37,921 bases of DNA from a virus (taxonomy: Duplodnaviria; Heunggongvirae; Uroviricota; Caudoviricetes). Under the pieces are notes generated by a model. It was not told the DNA's origin. It was given only the letters and a program-made list of their open reading frames with translations, and did not search any database. Made by a program: the position numbers and the translations under genes. Below are positions 27,826 through 37,921 of the stretch, in pieces (within the stretch, counting starts at the first letter, position 1; every line of letters starts with the position of its first letter). The stretch is from the IMG/VR virus record IMGVR_UViG_2734482770_000007. One strand, written 5' to 3'.

Positions 27826-27843
27826 TGTGTGAATAACGGTACA
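27826..27843. promoter_or_regulatory. Late-promoter activator box TGT-N12-ACA upstream of sheath gene
   Basis: TGTGTGAATAACGGTACA; near-identical in outline to the O-promoter box (TGTGTG...CGGTACA); about 85 nt upstream of FI start. Confidence 0.5.
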
Positions 27844-27919
27844 ACTGCGCTTAGCTGTTTGTCAGGCACAATCACTTCAACATAGGGCGAAGCCTAATCC
27901 AATCAGGAGGTTCGCCACT

Positions 27920-29092
27920 ATGGCTCAGGATTACCACCACGGGGTGCGCGTTGTTGAAGTCAACGAAGGCACCCGATCCATTACCACGGTGAGCACCGCC
28001 ATCGTGGGTATGGTCTGCACGGGCGATGATGCCGATGCAAAAATGTTTCCTCTTAATAAACCCGTGCTGATCACTGATGTGCTGACTGCCAGCGGTAAAG
28101 CGGGTGAGTCAGGCACGCTGGCTCGTTCGCTGGATGCCATCGCTGACCAGGCAAAACCCGTGACCGTTGTTGTGCGTGTGCCGCAGGGTGAAACGGAAGA
28201 AGAAACCACGACCAATATCATCGGAGCAGTGACCGCTGAAGGTAAAAAAACAGGCATGAAAGCCCTGTTATCTGCCCAGTCACAGCTCGGCGTTAAACCG
28301 CGCATTCTCGGCGTGCCAGGTCACGACACGAAGGCGGTAGCTACTGAGTTGCTGAGCGTGGCGCAAAGCCTGCGTGGATTTGCTTACCTGTCAGCGTATG
28401 GTTGCAAGACAGTGCAGGAAGCAATCACTTACCGTGAAAACTTCAGTCAGCGTGAAGGAATGCTGATCTGGCCCGACTTTACTGGCTGGGACACGGTGCT
28501 GAATGCCGAAGCAACGGCTTATGCCACCGCCCGTGCGCTTGGTCTGCGCGCCAAAATTGACGAGCAGACCGGATGGCACAAAAGCCTGTCCAACGTGGGC
28601 GTTAACGGTGTCACCGGAATTTCTGCTGATGTGTTCTGGGATCTGCAGGACCCGGCAACCGATGCGGGACTGCTGAACCAGAACGACGTCACCACCCTTA
28701 TCCGCAAAGACGGTTTTCGCTTCTGGGGTTCCCGCTGCCTGAGTGATGACCCGCTCTTTGCCTTCGAAAACTACACCCGCACGGCGCAGGTGCTGACGGA
28801 CACGATGGCAGAAGCGCACATGTGGGCGGTGGATAAACCGCTGAATCCGTCGCTGGCCCGCGACATTATCGAGGGTATCCGCGCCAAAATGCGCAGCCTG
28901 GTCAGTCAGGGCTATCTCATTGGTGGTGATTGCTGGCTGGATGAGTCGGTGAACGACAAAGACACGCTGAAAGCCGGAAAACTCACCATCGACTACGACT
29001 ACACGCCAGTGCCGCCACTTGAAAACCTGATGCTGCGTCAGCGCATCACCGATCAGTACCTGGTGAATTTCTCCAGCCAGGTCAGCGCGTAA
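27920..29092 (+). CDS. FI: Tail sheath protein (P2 gpFI family)
   Basis: 390 aa (P2 FI about 396); followed by tube gene. Confidence 0.9.
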   Translation: MAQDYHHGVRVVEVNEGTRSITTVSTAIVGMVCTGDDADAKMFPLNKPVLITDVLTASGKAGESGTLARSLDAIADQAKPVTVVVRVPQGETEEETTTNIIGAVTAEGKKTGMKALLSAQSQLGVKPRILGVPGHDTKAVATELLSVAQSLRGFAYLSAYGCKTVQEAITYRENFSQREGMLIWPDFTGWDTVLNAEATAYATARALGLRAKIDEQTGWHKSLSNVGVNGVTGISADVFWDLQDPATDAGLLNQNDVTTLIRKDGFRFWGSRCLSDDPLFAFENYTRTAQVLTDTMAEAHMWAVDKPLNPSLARDIIEGIRAKMRSLVSQGYLIGGDCWLDESVNDKDTLKAGKLTIDYDYTPVPPLENLMLRQRITDQYLVNFSSQVSA

Positions 29093-29101
29093 GGGGACAA
29101 C

Positions 29102-29617
29102 ATGGCTTTACCACGCAAATTAAAACACCTGAACCTGTTTAATGACGGGAACAACTGGCAGGGGATCGTTGAGTCGCTGACGCTGCCGAAATTTACCCGC
29201 AAATATGAGAAGTATCGCGGCGGCGGAATGCCGGGTGCAGTGGATGTGGATCTGGGGCTGGATGACGGCGCACTGGATACGGAATTTTCCATTGGTGGTA
29301 CTGAACTGCTGCTGTTTAAGCAGATGGGCAAAGCCACGGTGGATGGTATCCAGTTGCGCTTTACCGGCTCTATCCAGCGTGACGATACCGGGGAAGTGCA
29401 GGCCGTGGAGCTTGTGGTGCGTGGACGTCACAAAGAAGTGGATTCCGGCGAGTGGAAGACGGGCGAAAGCAACACCACCAAAGTGACCAGTACCAACAGC
29501 TACGCGAAGCTGACTATAAATGGTGAGGTGCTCTATGAAGTGGACCTTATCAACATGGTGGAAATTGTGGACGGTGTGGACCTGATGGAAGCGCACCGCA
29601 ACGCCCTCGGCCTCTGA
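29102..29617 (+). CDS. FII: Tail tube protein (P2 gpFII family)
   Basis: 171 aa (P2 FII about 172). Confidence 0.9.
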   Translation: MALPRKLKHLNLFNDGNNWQGIVESLTLPKFTRKYEKYRGGGMPGAVDVDLGLDDGALDTEFSIGGTELLLFKQMGKATVDGIQLRFTGSIQRDDTGEVQAVELVVRGRHKEVDSGEWKTGESNTTKVTSTNSYAKLTINGEVLYEVDLINMVEIVDGVDLMEAHRNALGL

Positions 29618-29671
29618 TGTATCTGAACGGCGCGGGATACCGCGCCAGAACCCAATTTACAGGACAGCAAA

Positions 29672-29974
29672 ATGAGCGATAAGCAGACTGAAAAGACTAT
29701 TCAACTGGATACCCCCATCAAGCGCGGTAAAACAGAAATCACCGAAATTGTGCTGCGTAAACCGCAGTCCGGTGCGCTGCGCGGTACACGCCTGCAGGCC
29801 ATTATGGATATGGATGTGAACGCGATGATGACCGTGATCCCCCGCATCTCCAGTCCGGCACTGACTGCACAGGAAATTGCAGAGATGGACCCGGCAGATC
29901 TCACTGCCATGTCGGTTGAGGTTGTCACTTTTTTGTTGAAGAAGTCGGTGCTTGCCGGTTTACCGACAGCCTGA
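29672..29974 (+). CDS. E: Tail assembly chaperone E
   Basis: 100-aa ORF between tube and tape-measure genes; contains slippery T TTT TTG near 3' end. Confidence 0.8.
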   Translation: MSDKQTEKTIQLDTPIKRGKTEITEIVLRKPQSGALRGTRLQAIMDMDVNAMMTVIPRISSPALTAQEIAEMDPADLTAMSVEVVTFLLKKSVLAGLPTA

Positions 29975-30108
29975 CGGTTGACGATCTGGTGGCTGATATC
30001 GCCACCATCTTTCACTGGCCGCCATCCGTTACTGACGTTATGCCGCTGACCGAAGTGCTGGAATGGCGGTATAAAGCGATTCAGAGAAGCGGGGCCAACG
30101 ATGAGTGA
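29672..30108 (+). CDS. Tail assembly chaperone E+E' (-1 programmed frameshift product)
   Basis: Slippery heptamer T-TTT-TTG at 29929-29935 in zero-frame phasing; -1 frame is open for 58 codons (VEEVGACRFTD...AIQRSGANDE) and stops at 30106-30108, overlapping the T start codon. Confidence 0.6.
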
Positions 30109-33100
30109 TAATAACCTGCGCCTGCAGGTCATTCTTAATGCGGTTGACAAACTCACCCGCCCATTCCGTGCTGCACAGGCCAGTTCGAAAGAGCTGGCTG
30201 GCGCAATTCAGAATACCCGAAACAGCCTCAAAGAACTGAATAAGCAGGCTGGCAGAATTGATGAATTTCGCAAGACGCGCTCGCAACTAGCCATAACAGC
30301 CAACAACCTGAACGCAGCCCGCGAAGAGGCGGCAAAACTCGCCACACAATTTGCTGCCACTAACAGGCCAACCGCCGCGCAGGCAAAGTTATTCAGTCAG
30401 GCCAAAACACGAGTACAGGAACTTCAGCAGACCTATAACGGCTTGTTGGGGGCGGTCCAGAGACAACGTCAGGCACTTAAAGAATCAGGGATTGATACCA
30501 GACAACTCAGTAGTGCCCAGCGAGAACTTAAGAAAAATGCCGAAGAAACTCGTCAGGCACTGGAGGGCCAGCAAAAAGCACTTAAACGTCTGGGTGAACA
30601 ACAGGCACGGATGAACGCTGCCAGAGAACAATACTCAAGACGGCTTGAAGTGCGCGATCGCATCGCAGGAGCCGGAGCCACCACCACGGCTGCAGGGCTG
30701 GCAATGGGCGCGCCAGTGATGGCGGCGGTAAAAAGCTATACCAGCATGGAAGATGCCATGAAAGGTGTGGCAAAGCAGGTCAATGGTCTGCGTGACGATA
30801 ATGGCAACCGCACTGCGCGTTTTTACGAAATGCAGGATGCCATCAAAGCTGCCAGTGAACAGCTGCCAATGGAAAACGGTGCTGTGGACTTCGCCGCACT
30901 GGTTGAAGGTGGTGCGCGCATGAATGTGGCAAACCCTGACGACAGCTGGGAGGACCAGAAACGTGACCTGCTGGCCTTCGCCAGTACGGCAGCAAAGGCG
31001 GCAACAGCCTTTGAGCTGCCAGCGGATGAACTGTCAGAAAGTCTGGGGAAAATCGCCCAGCTCTACAAAATACCAACCCGCAATATTGAACAGCTCGGTG
31101 ATGCGCTGAACTATCTGGATGATAACGCTATGTCGAAAGGGGCAGACATCATTGATGTCATGCAACGCCTGGGCGGTGTGGCTGATCGTCTGGATTATCG
31201 TAAAGCGGCGGCGCTGGGTTCCACCTTCCTGACACTGGGGGCTGCGCCGGAGGTCGCTGCCAGTGCTGCCAACGCGATGGTGCGTGAATTGTCCATTGCG
31301 ACCATGCAAAGCAAGAGTTTCTTTGAAGGAATGAATCTGCTGAAACTCAATCCTGAAGTGATTGAAAAGCAGATGACGAAGGATGCGATGGGAACTATCC
31401 AGCGCGTACTGGAGAAGGTGAACGCACTGCCGCAGGATAAGCGCCTGTCTGCCATGACCATGTTGTTTGGTAAAGAGTTTGGCGATGATGCGGCGAAACT
31501 GGCAAACAACCTGCCGGAACTGCAGCGCCAGCTAAAACTGACAGCGGGCAATGATGCGCTCGGTTCGATGCAGAAAGAATCCGACATTAACAAGGACTCA
31601 CTTTCTGCGCAGTGGTTGCTGGTCAAAACCGGAGCGCAGAACACCTTCAGCAGCCTGGGCGAAACGCTGCGCCAGCCGCTGATGGATATTCTGTACACGG
31701 TGAAAAGCATCACGGGGGCGTTGCGTCGCTGGGTGGAAGCTAACCCTGAACTGACGGGCACACTGATGAAAGTAGCCGCGGTTGTGGCTGCTGTTACTGT
31801 GGGCCTCGGCACCCTGGCTGTGGTGTTGGCTGCTGTGCTGGGGCCGCTGGCAGTCATCCGTCTGGGATTCTCTGTGCTGGGTATCAAAACGTTACCTTCC
31901 GTTACGGCAGCAGTAACGCGAACAAGCAGCGCGTTGTCCTGGTTGGCTGGCGCACCACTTGCACTGCTGCGACGCGGGCTTGCTTCATCGGGCAACGCCG
32001 CAGGTTTACTTACTGCGCCGTTGTCGTCTTTGCGCCGCACGGCATCACTGACGGGAAATGTCCTGAAAACTGTAGCAGGTGCGCCGGTTGCACTTTTGCG
32101 GTCTGGATTATCCGGTTTACGTGCTGTTGCTGTGATGTTTATGAATCCTCTGGCGGTACTGCGCGGTGGACTGGCCTCCGCAGGCACGGTGCTGCGAGTA
32201 CTGGCATCTGGTCCACTGGCGATGCTGCGCGTTGCCCTGTATGCCGTATCTGGTCTGTTAGGTGCTCTGCTCAGTCCGATAGGTCTTGTGGTTACTGCAC
32301 TGGCGGGCGTGGCGCTGGTTGTCTGGAAATACTGGCAACCCATCACCGCATTTCTTGGTGGCGTAGTGGAAGGATTCAAAGCGGCGGCAGGTCCCGTCAG
32401 TGCAGCATTCGAACCGCTTAAGCCCGTGTTCCAGTGGATTGGCGACAAAGTACAGGCGCTGTGGGGCTGGTTTACTGATCTGCTGACGCCCGTTAAGTCG
32501 ACCTCTGCCGAACTGCAGAGTGCAGCGGCAATGGGGCGACGATTCGGGGAGGCACTGGCGGAAGGGCTGAATATGGTCATGCATCCGCTGGACTCCCTGA
32601 AATCCGGCGTTTCCTGGTTGCTGGAGAAACTCGGCATTGTCAGTAAAGAGGCTGCAAAGGCGAAACTGCCGGAAAGAGTGACGCGTCAGCAACCTGCGAC
32701 GGTGAATGCAGACGGTAAAGTGATGATGCCACCGGGTGGTTTTCCGTCATGGGGATATGGCTTTGCGGGGATGTATGACAGCGGCGGCTATATCCCGCGC
32801 GGGCAGTTTGGCATCGTCGGTGAAAACGGGCCGGAAATTGTTAACGGCCCGGCAAATGTGACCAGCCGGAGAAATACAGCTGCACTGGCTGCCGTTGTTG
32901 CCGGAATGATGGGCGTTGCTGCCGCGCCTGCAGAGCTTCCACCATTGCATCCTTTGGCACTTCCCGCGAAAGGCGGCGAAGCGATGGTGAGTCGTGCAGC
33001 CACTGTACCGCCCGTTCACCGGATTGAGGCACCGACGCAGATCATCATTCAGACGCAGCCAGGACAAAGTGCGCAGGATATTGCGCGGGAGGTGGCACGC

Positions 33101-33178
33101 CAGCTTGATGAACGTGAACGCAGGCTGAAGGCAAAAGCCAGGAGTAACTACAGCGATCAGGGGGGATACGACGCATGA
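30101..33178 (+). CDS. T: Tail tape measure protein (P2 gpT family)
   Basis: 1025 aa; N-terminal coiled coil, central Ala/Leu/Gly-rich hydrophobic repeats; position after E/E'. Confidence 0.85.
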   Translation: MSDNNLRLQVILNAVDKLTRPFRAAQASSKELAGAIQNTRNSLKELNKQAGRIDEFRKTRSQLAITANNLNAAREEAAKLATQFAATNRPTAAQAKLFSQAKTRVQELQQTYNGLLGAVQRQRQALKESGIDTRQLSSAQRELKKNAEETRQALEGQQKALKRLGEQQARMNAAREQYSRRLEVRDRIAGAGATTTAAGLAMGAPVMAAVKSYTSMEDAMKGVAKQVNGLRDDNGNRTARFYEMQDAIKAASEQLPMENGAVDFAALVEGGARMNVANPDDSWEDQKRDLLAFASTAAKAATAFELPADELSESLGKIAQLYKIPTRNIEQLGDALNYLDDNAMSKGADIIDVMQRLGGVADRLDYRKAAALGSTFLTLGAAPEVAASAANAMVRELSIATMQSKSFFEGMNLLKLNPEVIEKQMTKDAMGTIQRVLEKVNALPQDKRLSAMTMLFGKEFGDDAAKLANNLPELQRQLKLTAGNDALGSMQKESDINKDSLSAQWLLVKTGAQNTFSSLGETLRQPLMDILYTVKSITGALRRWVEANPELTGTLMKVAAVVAAVTVGLGTLAVVLAAVLGPLAVIRLGFSVLGIKTLPSVTAAVTRTSSALSWLAGAPLALLRRGLASSGNAAGLLTAPLSSLRRTASLTGNVLKTVAGAPVALLRSGLSGLRAVAVMFMNPLAVLRGGLASAGTVLRVLASGPLAMLRVALYAVSGLLGALLSPIGLVVTALAGVALVVWKYWQPITAFLGGVVEGFKAAAGPVSAAFEPLKPVFQWIGDKVQALWGWFTDLLTPVKSTSAELQSAAAMGRRFGEALAEGLNMVMHPLDSLKSGVSWLLEKLGIVSKEAAKAKLPERVTRQQPATVNADGKVMMPPGGFPSWGYGFAGMYDSGGYIPRGQFGIVGENGPEIVNGPANVTSRRNTAALAAVVAGMMGVAAAPAELPPLHPLALPAKGGEAMVSRAATVPPVHRIEAPTQIIIQTQPGQSAQDIAREVARQLDERERRLKAKARSNYSDQGGYDA

Positions 33179-33660
33179 TGATGGTGCTGGGATTGTACGT
33201 GTTTATGCTGCGCACCGTTCCGTATCAGGAACTGCAGTATCAACGCAGCTGGCGACATGCGGAAAACAGCCGGGTAAACCGTCGTCCGTCCACGCAATTT
33301 CTGGGACCGGACAACGACATGCTGACGCTTTCTGGTGTTCTTATGCCGGAGATAACGGGCGGCAGGCTGTCGTTGCTGGCTCTGGAGCAGATGGCAGAAC
33401 AGGGAAAAGCATGGCCCCTGATTGAAGGCAGCGGCACGATTTACGGCATGTATGTGATTGAGGGACTGAATCAGACTAAAACGGAGTTTTTCCGCGATGG
33501 TATGCCGCGCCGGATTGAGTTTACCCTGTCGCTCAAACGGGTGGATGAATCCATGTCCGATATGTTCGGTGATCTCAGTGCGCAGCTGAATAATTTGCAG
33601 GATACGGCAACGTCTGCCTTAAGCGATATCAGTAAAACGGTGGGAGGGCTGCTGTCGTGA
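33175..33660 (+). CDS. U: Tail protein U
   Basis: 161 aa (P2 U about 159); overlaps T stop. Confidence 0.8.
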   Translation: MMMVLGLYVFMLRTVPYQELQYQRSWRHAENSRVNRRPSTQFLGPDNDMLTLSGVLMPEITGGRLSLLALEQMAEQGKAWPLIEGSGTIYGMYVIEGLNQTKTEFFRDGMPRRIEFTLSLKRVDESMSDMFGDLSAQLNNLQDTATSALSDISKTVGGLLS

Positions 33661-34757
33661 ATTTCAGCTCTGAACTGCTTAACAAAGGCAACAAAACTCC
33701 CGCATTCAGCATCAGTATTGAGGGGAAGGATATCACCACTGTGCTGGACAAACGCCTGATGGGGCTTACGCTGACGGATAACCGGGGCTTTGAAGCGGAC
33801 CAGCTTGATCTGGAGCTGGACGACGCCGACGGAAAAATCGTGCTGCCGCGCCGTGGTGCGGTCATTACGCTGGCGCTGGGCTGGAAGGGGCAGCCGCTTT
33901 TCCCGAAAGGGGCATTCACGGTGGACGAGATTGAACACACTGGCGCACCGGACCGCCTGACTATCCGGGCGCGAAGTGCTGATTTTCGGGAAACGCTGAA
34001 TACCCGCCGTGAAAAATCGTGGCATAACACCACCATCGGGGAAGTGGTGAAGGAAATAGCCGCGCGGCACAAGCTGAAGATGGCACTGGATAAAGACCTG
34101 TCGGATAAGCCCGTGGAGCATATAGACCAGACTAATGAGAGTGACGGCAGTTTTTTGATGCGGCTGGCGCGACAGTACGGTGCCATCGCGTCGGTGAAAA
34201 ATGGCAATCTGTTATTCATCCGGCAGGGGCAGGGCAAAAGCGCCACTGGTAAACCACTGCCGGTGATCACTATCACACGGAAGGACGGCGACAGTCACCG
34301 CTTTACCCTGGCAGATCGCGGAGCCTACACGGGCGTAATTGCCAGCTGGTTGCATACCCGCGAACCCGCGAAGAAAGAAAGCACCACGGTGAAGCGTAAG
34401 CGCAGGACTAAGAAGCAGAAGAAAGAGCCGGAAGCGAAGCAGGGCGATTACCTGGTGGGGACGGATGAAAACGTGCTGGTACTTAATCGCACTTATGCCA
34501 ACCGGAGCAACGCCGAACGAGCGGCGAAAATGCAGTGGGAACGCCTGCAACGCGGTGTTGCGTCATTCTCGCTACAACTGGCGGAAGGTCGGGCAGATCT
34601 CTACACGGATATGCCTGTGAAGGTCAGTGGCTTTAAACAGCCGATAGATGATGCGGAATGGACCATTACCACCCTGACACATACTGTCAGCCCGGATAAT
34701 GGTTTTACGACCAGTCTGGAGCTTGAAGTGAGGATTGATGATTTCGAAATGGAATGA
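33657..34757 (+). CDS. D: Tail protein D (late control/tail assembly)
   Basis: 366 aa (P2 D about 387); overlaps U stop. Confidence 0.85.
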   Translation: MNFSSELLNKGNKTPAFSISIEGKDITTVLDKRLMGLTLTDNRGFEADQLDLELDDADGKIVLPRRGAVITLALGWKGQPLFPKGAFTVDEIEHTGAPDRLTIRARSADFRETLNTRREKSWHNTTIGEVVKEIAARHKLKMALDKDLSDKPVEHIDQTNESDGSFLMRLARQYGAIASVKNGNLLFIRQGQGKSATGKPLPVITITRKDGDSHRFTLADRGAYTGVIASWLHTREPAKKESTTVKRKRRTKKQKKEPEAKQGDYLVGTDENVLVLNRTYANRSNAERAAKMQWERLQRGVASFSLQLAEGRADLYTDMPVKVSGFKQPIDDAEWTITTLTHTVSPDNGFTTSLELEVRIDDFEME

Positions 34758-34847
34758 TTCTTCGCAATGGAGAACTTTTAAGTTTGCAAAATGGAATAAT
34801 GCGGTATCATTATTGTGAATTTAGCAAAAATGGGGAGAACTCGAAAA

Positions 34848-35066
34848 ATGATGATTTGCCCACTGTGTGGAAGTGCCGCCCATACTCGCAGCAGTTTTCA
34901 GGTATCTTCATTGACCAAAGAGCGTTACAACCAGTGCCAGAACATTAACTGCAGCCATACTTTTGTTACCCATGAAACTTTTGTTCGTTCGATTGCAACG
35001 CCAAAAGAGTCAAATCCGGTTCAGCCGCATCCAATGAAATCAGGACAGGTGGCGCTCTCTCTTTGA
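34848..35066 (+). CDS. ogr: Zinc-finger late-gene transcription activator (P2 Ogr / 186 B family)
   Basis: 72 aa from ATG 34848 (GGAGA SD): CPLCGSAAHTRSS...KERYNQCQNINCSHTF matches Ogr Cys4 pattern CPLC...CQN.NCS.TF; last prophage gene before host DNA. Confidence 0.85.
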   Translation: MMICPLCGSAAHTRSSFQVSSLTKERYNQCQNINCSHTFVTHETFVRSIATPKESNPVQPHPMKSGQVALSL

Positions 35067-35142
35067 CTCTGCCGCCATTTTGTCGCCATCGTTAAAAAAC
35101 AGTGTTTCTAACATCATGATTTTAAACAGCTTAAATTTCAGG

Positions 35143-35189
35143 CAACAAAAAACCCATCAACCTTGAACCGAAATGGCGGGGTTGATGGG
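35143..35189 (-). terminator. Rho-independent terminator (minus strand) downstream of ybjL
   Basis: 10-bp stem cccatcaacc / ggttgatggg with 17-nt loop, followed on minus strand by TTTTTT. Confidence 0.4.
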
Positions 35190-35301
35190 CTCCACAAAAT
35201 GGGGACATCAAAGAAAAGCAGTGGCACTAATTAAGACTGATGCCCTGCGGAAAAGTTCTGCGGTTGTGCAAAAAAATTTCATTTTCAGGGCAACTTCAGT
35301 T

Positions 35302-36987
35302 TTATCCTAATCCTGGCCATACCATGACGATGATTGTCCCTGCCAGCGTCAGCAGGACGTTGGCGATTGCGTAGGTGCCCGCATAGCCCAGCGCAGGGAT
35401 GTTACTGCGAGCTGTATCACTGATGATCTCCATTGCCGGCGCGCAGGTGCGTGCGCCCATCATTGCGCCGAACAACAGTGCGCGGTTCATTCGCAATACA
35501 TAAGCACCGAACAAGAAACAGATAACCACGGGCACAAGACTGACAATTAATCCGGCAATCAACATCTGACCGCCAATCGCGCCCAGGCCGTTATTAATAC
35601 CGCTACCGGCGCTCAGACCAACGCCTGCCATAAACACCATCAAGCCGAACTCTTTCACCATGCTTAATGCACCTTGCGGAATGTAACCGAAGGTCGGGTG
35701 GTTAGCACGCATAAAGCCCAGCATAATTCCGGCGAATAACAACCCGGCAGCGTTCCCCATGCCGAAACTGAATGTGCTGAACTGGAAGGTGATCATCCCG
35801 ATCATCAGCCCAATAACAAAGAAGGCGCAGAATGCCAGCAGGTCAGTGACCTGGCTGTGAATCGAGATAAAGCCGATGCGATCGGCGATGGTTTTTACGC
35901 GGCGGGCATCGCCGCTGACTTGTAAAACGTCACCTTTGTTAAGCACGACGTTGTCATCTATCGGCATCTCAATCTGGCTACGAATGACGCGGTTAAGGAA
36001 GCAACCGTGATCGGTCAACTTCAGTTGTGCGAGACGTTTACCTACAGCGTTATGGTTTTTAACGACCACTTCTTCAGTGACGATACGCATGTCGAGAAGG
36101 TCACGATCGAAAACTTCTTTACCGTTACGGAAGCTGGGATCGAGTCGGGCATGGGCGTCGGGATAGCCTACCAACGCTATTTCATCGCCCATTTGTAGCA
36201 CGGCATCACCGTCTGGATTTGCCAGAATCCCGTTACGTCGAATACGTTCAATGTAGCAGCCGGTTTGTCGATAAATACCCAGTTCACGCAGATTTTTGCC
36301 GTCGGTCCAGGCCACCAGTTCCGGGCCGACGCGATAGGCGCGGATCACCGGTAAATAAACCTTACGGTTGGCATCAGTGTCCAGGCCACGTTCGCGGGCG
36401 ATTTGCTGGGCGCTGGTCTGTAAGTCCTGATGCTGCAATTTCGGCAAGTAACGCGCACCAACAATCAAACTCACCAGACCGATTAAATAGGTTAAGGCAT
36501 ACCCGAGGCTCAGATTATCCAGTGCCAGTGAGAGCTGCCTGCTTTCCATGCCGGAATGACGCAGTGTATCGCCAGCACCGACCAGAACCGGTGTCGACGT
36601 CATAGAGCCTGCTAACATACCGGCCGTCAGGCCAATATCCCAGCCAAACAGCTTACCTAACCCTAAGGCGATCACCAGCGCACTGCCAACCATCACCAGT
36701 GCTAACATTAGGTAATTTTTCCCATCGCGAAAAAAAATGGAAAAAAAGTTCGGTCCGGCTTCGACCCCGACGCAGAAAATAAACAGCATAAAGCCAAGAT
36801 TAAGCGCATCGGTGTTAATGCTGAAATGTTGTTGGCCTAATAACAGCGATACGACTAAAACGCCAATGGAATTACCCAGTTGGATCGAACCAAGTCGTAA
36901 CTTTCCGAGACATAGCCCAAGCGCGAGGACCACAAATAATAACAGAATGTAATTCCCATTTAACAATTCGGCGACGTTTATATTCAC
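35302..36987 (-). CDS. ybjL: Putative AAE-family transporter YbjL (two TrkA-C/RCK_C domains)
   Basis: 561-aa polytopic membrane protein; sequence matches my recollection of E. coli YbjL and the ybjL-ybjM-grxA gene order. Confidence 0.85.
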
Positions 36988-37256
36988 GGAGGCTAACTTC
37001 TTGTTTACTAGTAAGCTGTTGAAAGAAATGGTAATTTACGATAATGTTTTTTACCAGAATTCAGGGCGCAGATTCATTCAGCGCACCTAAACGATAGTAA
37101 AGTAACAATATATTTTACTAGTGTAATCACATTAGGTATCAACGGCTATATGAATTGCGTTGGCCTATATTAGCATGGAATGCGAAGCGGCTTTATCTTA
37201 CTGAACGCCACACTGGCGAAAAATGTGTTCGATAGACGCAGTGTCAGGAGGAACGA

Positions 37257-37634
37257 GTGAAACATAAACAACGTTGGGCGGGGGCAATCTGCTGTTTTGT
37301 CCTCTTCATTGTGGTGTGCCTTTTTCTGGCGACGCACATGAAAGGCGCTTTTCGGGCTGCCGGGCATCCTGAAATCGGCTTGCTATTTTTCATTCTTCCT
37401 GGAGCAGTCGCCAGCTTCTTTTCACAGCGTAGAGAAGTCCTGAAACCTCTGTTTGGCGCAATGCTGGCGGCACCCTGTTCGATGCTCATTATGCGGCTGT
37501 TTTTTTCACCGACGCGCTCATTCTGGCAAGAGCTGGCATGGTTACTAAGCGCGGTGTTCTGGTGTGCGCTGGGGGCACTGTGTTTCTTATTTATCAGTAG
37601 TTTGTTTAAACCACAGCACAGAAAAAATCAGTAA
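37257..37634 (+). CDS. ybjM: Inner membrane protein YbjM
   Basis: 125-aa hydrophobic protein between ybjL and grxA, as in E. coli K-12. Confidence 0.75.
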   Translation: MKHKQRWAGAICCFVLFIVVCLFLATHMKGAFRAAGHPEIGLLFFILPGAVASFFSQRREVLKPLFGAMLAAPCSMLIMRLFFSPTRSFWQELAWLLSAVFWCALGALCFLFISSLFKPQHRKNQ

Positions 37635-37653
37635 AGCCCTCAACGCGAGGGCT
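37635..37653. terminator. Hairpin between convergent ybjM and grxA
   Basis: agccctc-aacgc-gagggct stem-loop; on minus strand followed by a T-run after a short spacer. Confidence 0.45.
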
Positions 37654-37663
37654 TGTCAGACGA

Positions 37664-37921
37664 TCAGGCGTCCAGATTTTCTTTCACCCATGCAGCAAAA
37701 TCGGTATAGCCGCCGATATGTTGCTGATCGACAAAAATCTGCGGCACGGTTTCTACGGGTTTACCTGCCTTTTGTTGTAGATCTTCTTTAGTGATCCCTT
37801 CCGCACGAATATCTACATACTGATACTGAAAATCATCGCGTTCATTGCTCAATTTCTCAGCCAGATCTTTTGCACGCACACAGTAAGGGCAACCCGAACG
37901 ACCAAAAATAACGGTTTGCAT
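37664..37921 (-). CDS. grxA: Glutaredoxin 1
   Basis: 85-aa product with CPYC active site (GCPYCVRAK); full length, start codon at window end. Confidence 0.9.
   Translation of the reverse strand: MQTVIFGRSGCPYCVRAKDLAEKLSNERDDFQYQYVDIRAEGITKEDLQQKAGKPVETVPQIFVDQQHIGGYTDFAAWVKENLDA

Noticed and set aside
31900-32250. Ala/Leu/Gly-rich imperfect repeats within the tape-measure gene as a separate repeat element
   Set aside because: Typical low-complexity hydrophobic repeats of tape-measure proteins; not an independent feature.
31195-32637. 480-aa minus-strand ORF inside the tape-measure gene, and similar long antisense ORFs (13398..14651, 15845..16507, 33471..34276)
   Set aside because: They lie entirely within well-supported sense genes of GC-rich backbone, have low-complexity Ser/Ala/Pro/Arg-rich translations typical of antisense shadow frames, and lack ribosome-binding sites.
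1-37921. CRISPR arrays, rRNA or tRNA genes, insertion sequences
   Set aside because: No regularly spaced direct repeats, no tRNA-like structures at the prophage end, and no transposase-like ORF seen by eye.

Overview
The window is almost entirely one 186/P2-like (Peduovirus-type) prophage, about 35 kb, running from an integrase at the left edge (1..1053, minus) to the ogr/B-type late activator (34848..35066), followed by E. coli host genes ybjL, ybjM and grxA (35302..37921). The left attachment site lies outside the window. The backbone is syntenic with P2/186: int, cI, apl, cII, early genes, replication gene A, an SOS (LexA-box) Tum/DinI-like module, a candidate cos, then portal, terminase, scaffold, capsid, lysis cassette, tail completion, baseplate, tail fibre, sheath, tube, E/E' frameshift chaperone, tape measure, U, D and ogr. 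Interrupting this are visibly AT-rich cargo genes of unrecognised function at three positions: (i) a 558-aa membrane-anchored coiled-coil protein with a C-terminal T5orf172/GIY-YIG-like domain between cI and int; (ii) a 525-aa protein with a C-terminal HEPN-like Rx4H motif in the old/tin-equivalent hotspot between A/tum and cos, plus a 98-aa ORF between cos and the portal gene; (iii) a 393-aa protein, also with an Rx4H motif, between tail genes S and V. These are the best candidates for undescribed anti-phage or superinfection-exclusion functions; none could be assigned to a named system from sequence alone. Other notable features are an orphan Dam methylase translationally coupled to gene A, a Hin/Gin-type invertible tail-fibre segment with two hix-like sites and a frameshifted invertase, and three late promoters sharing a TGT-N12-ACA activator box. 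All calls rest on reading the sequence and recalled family knowledge; no searches were run.
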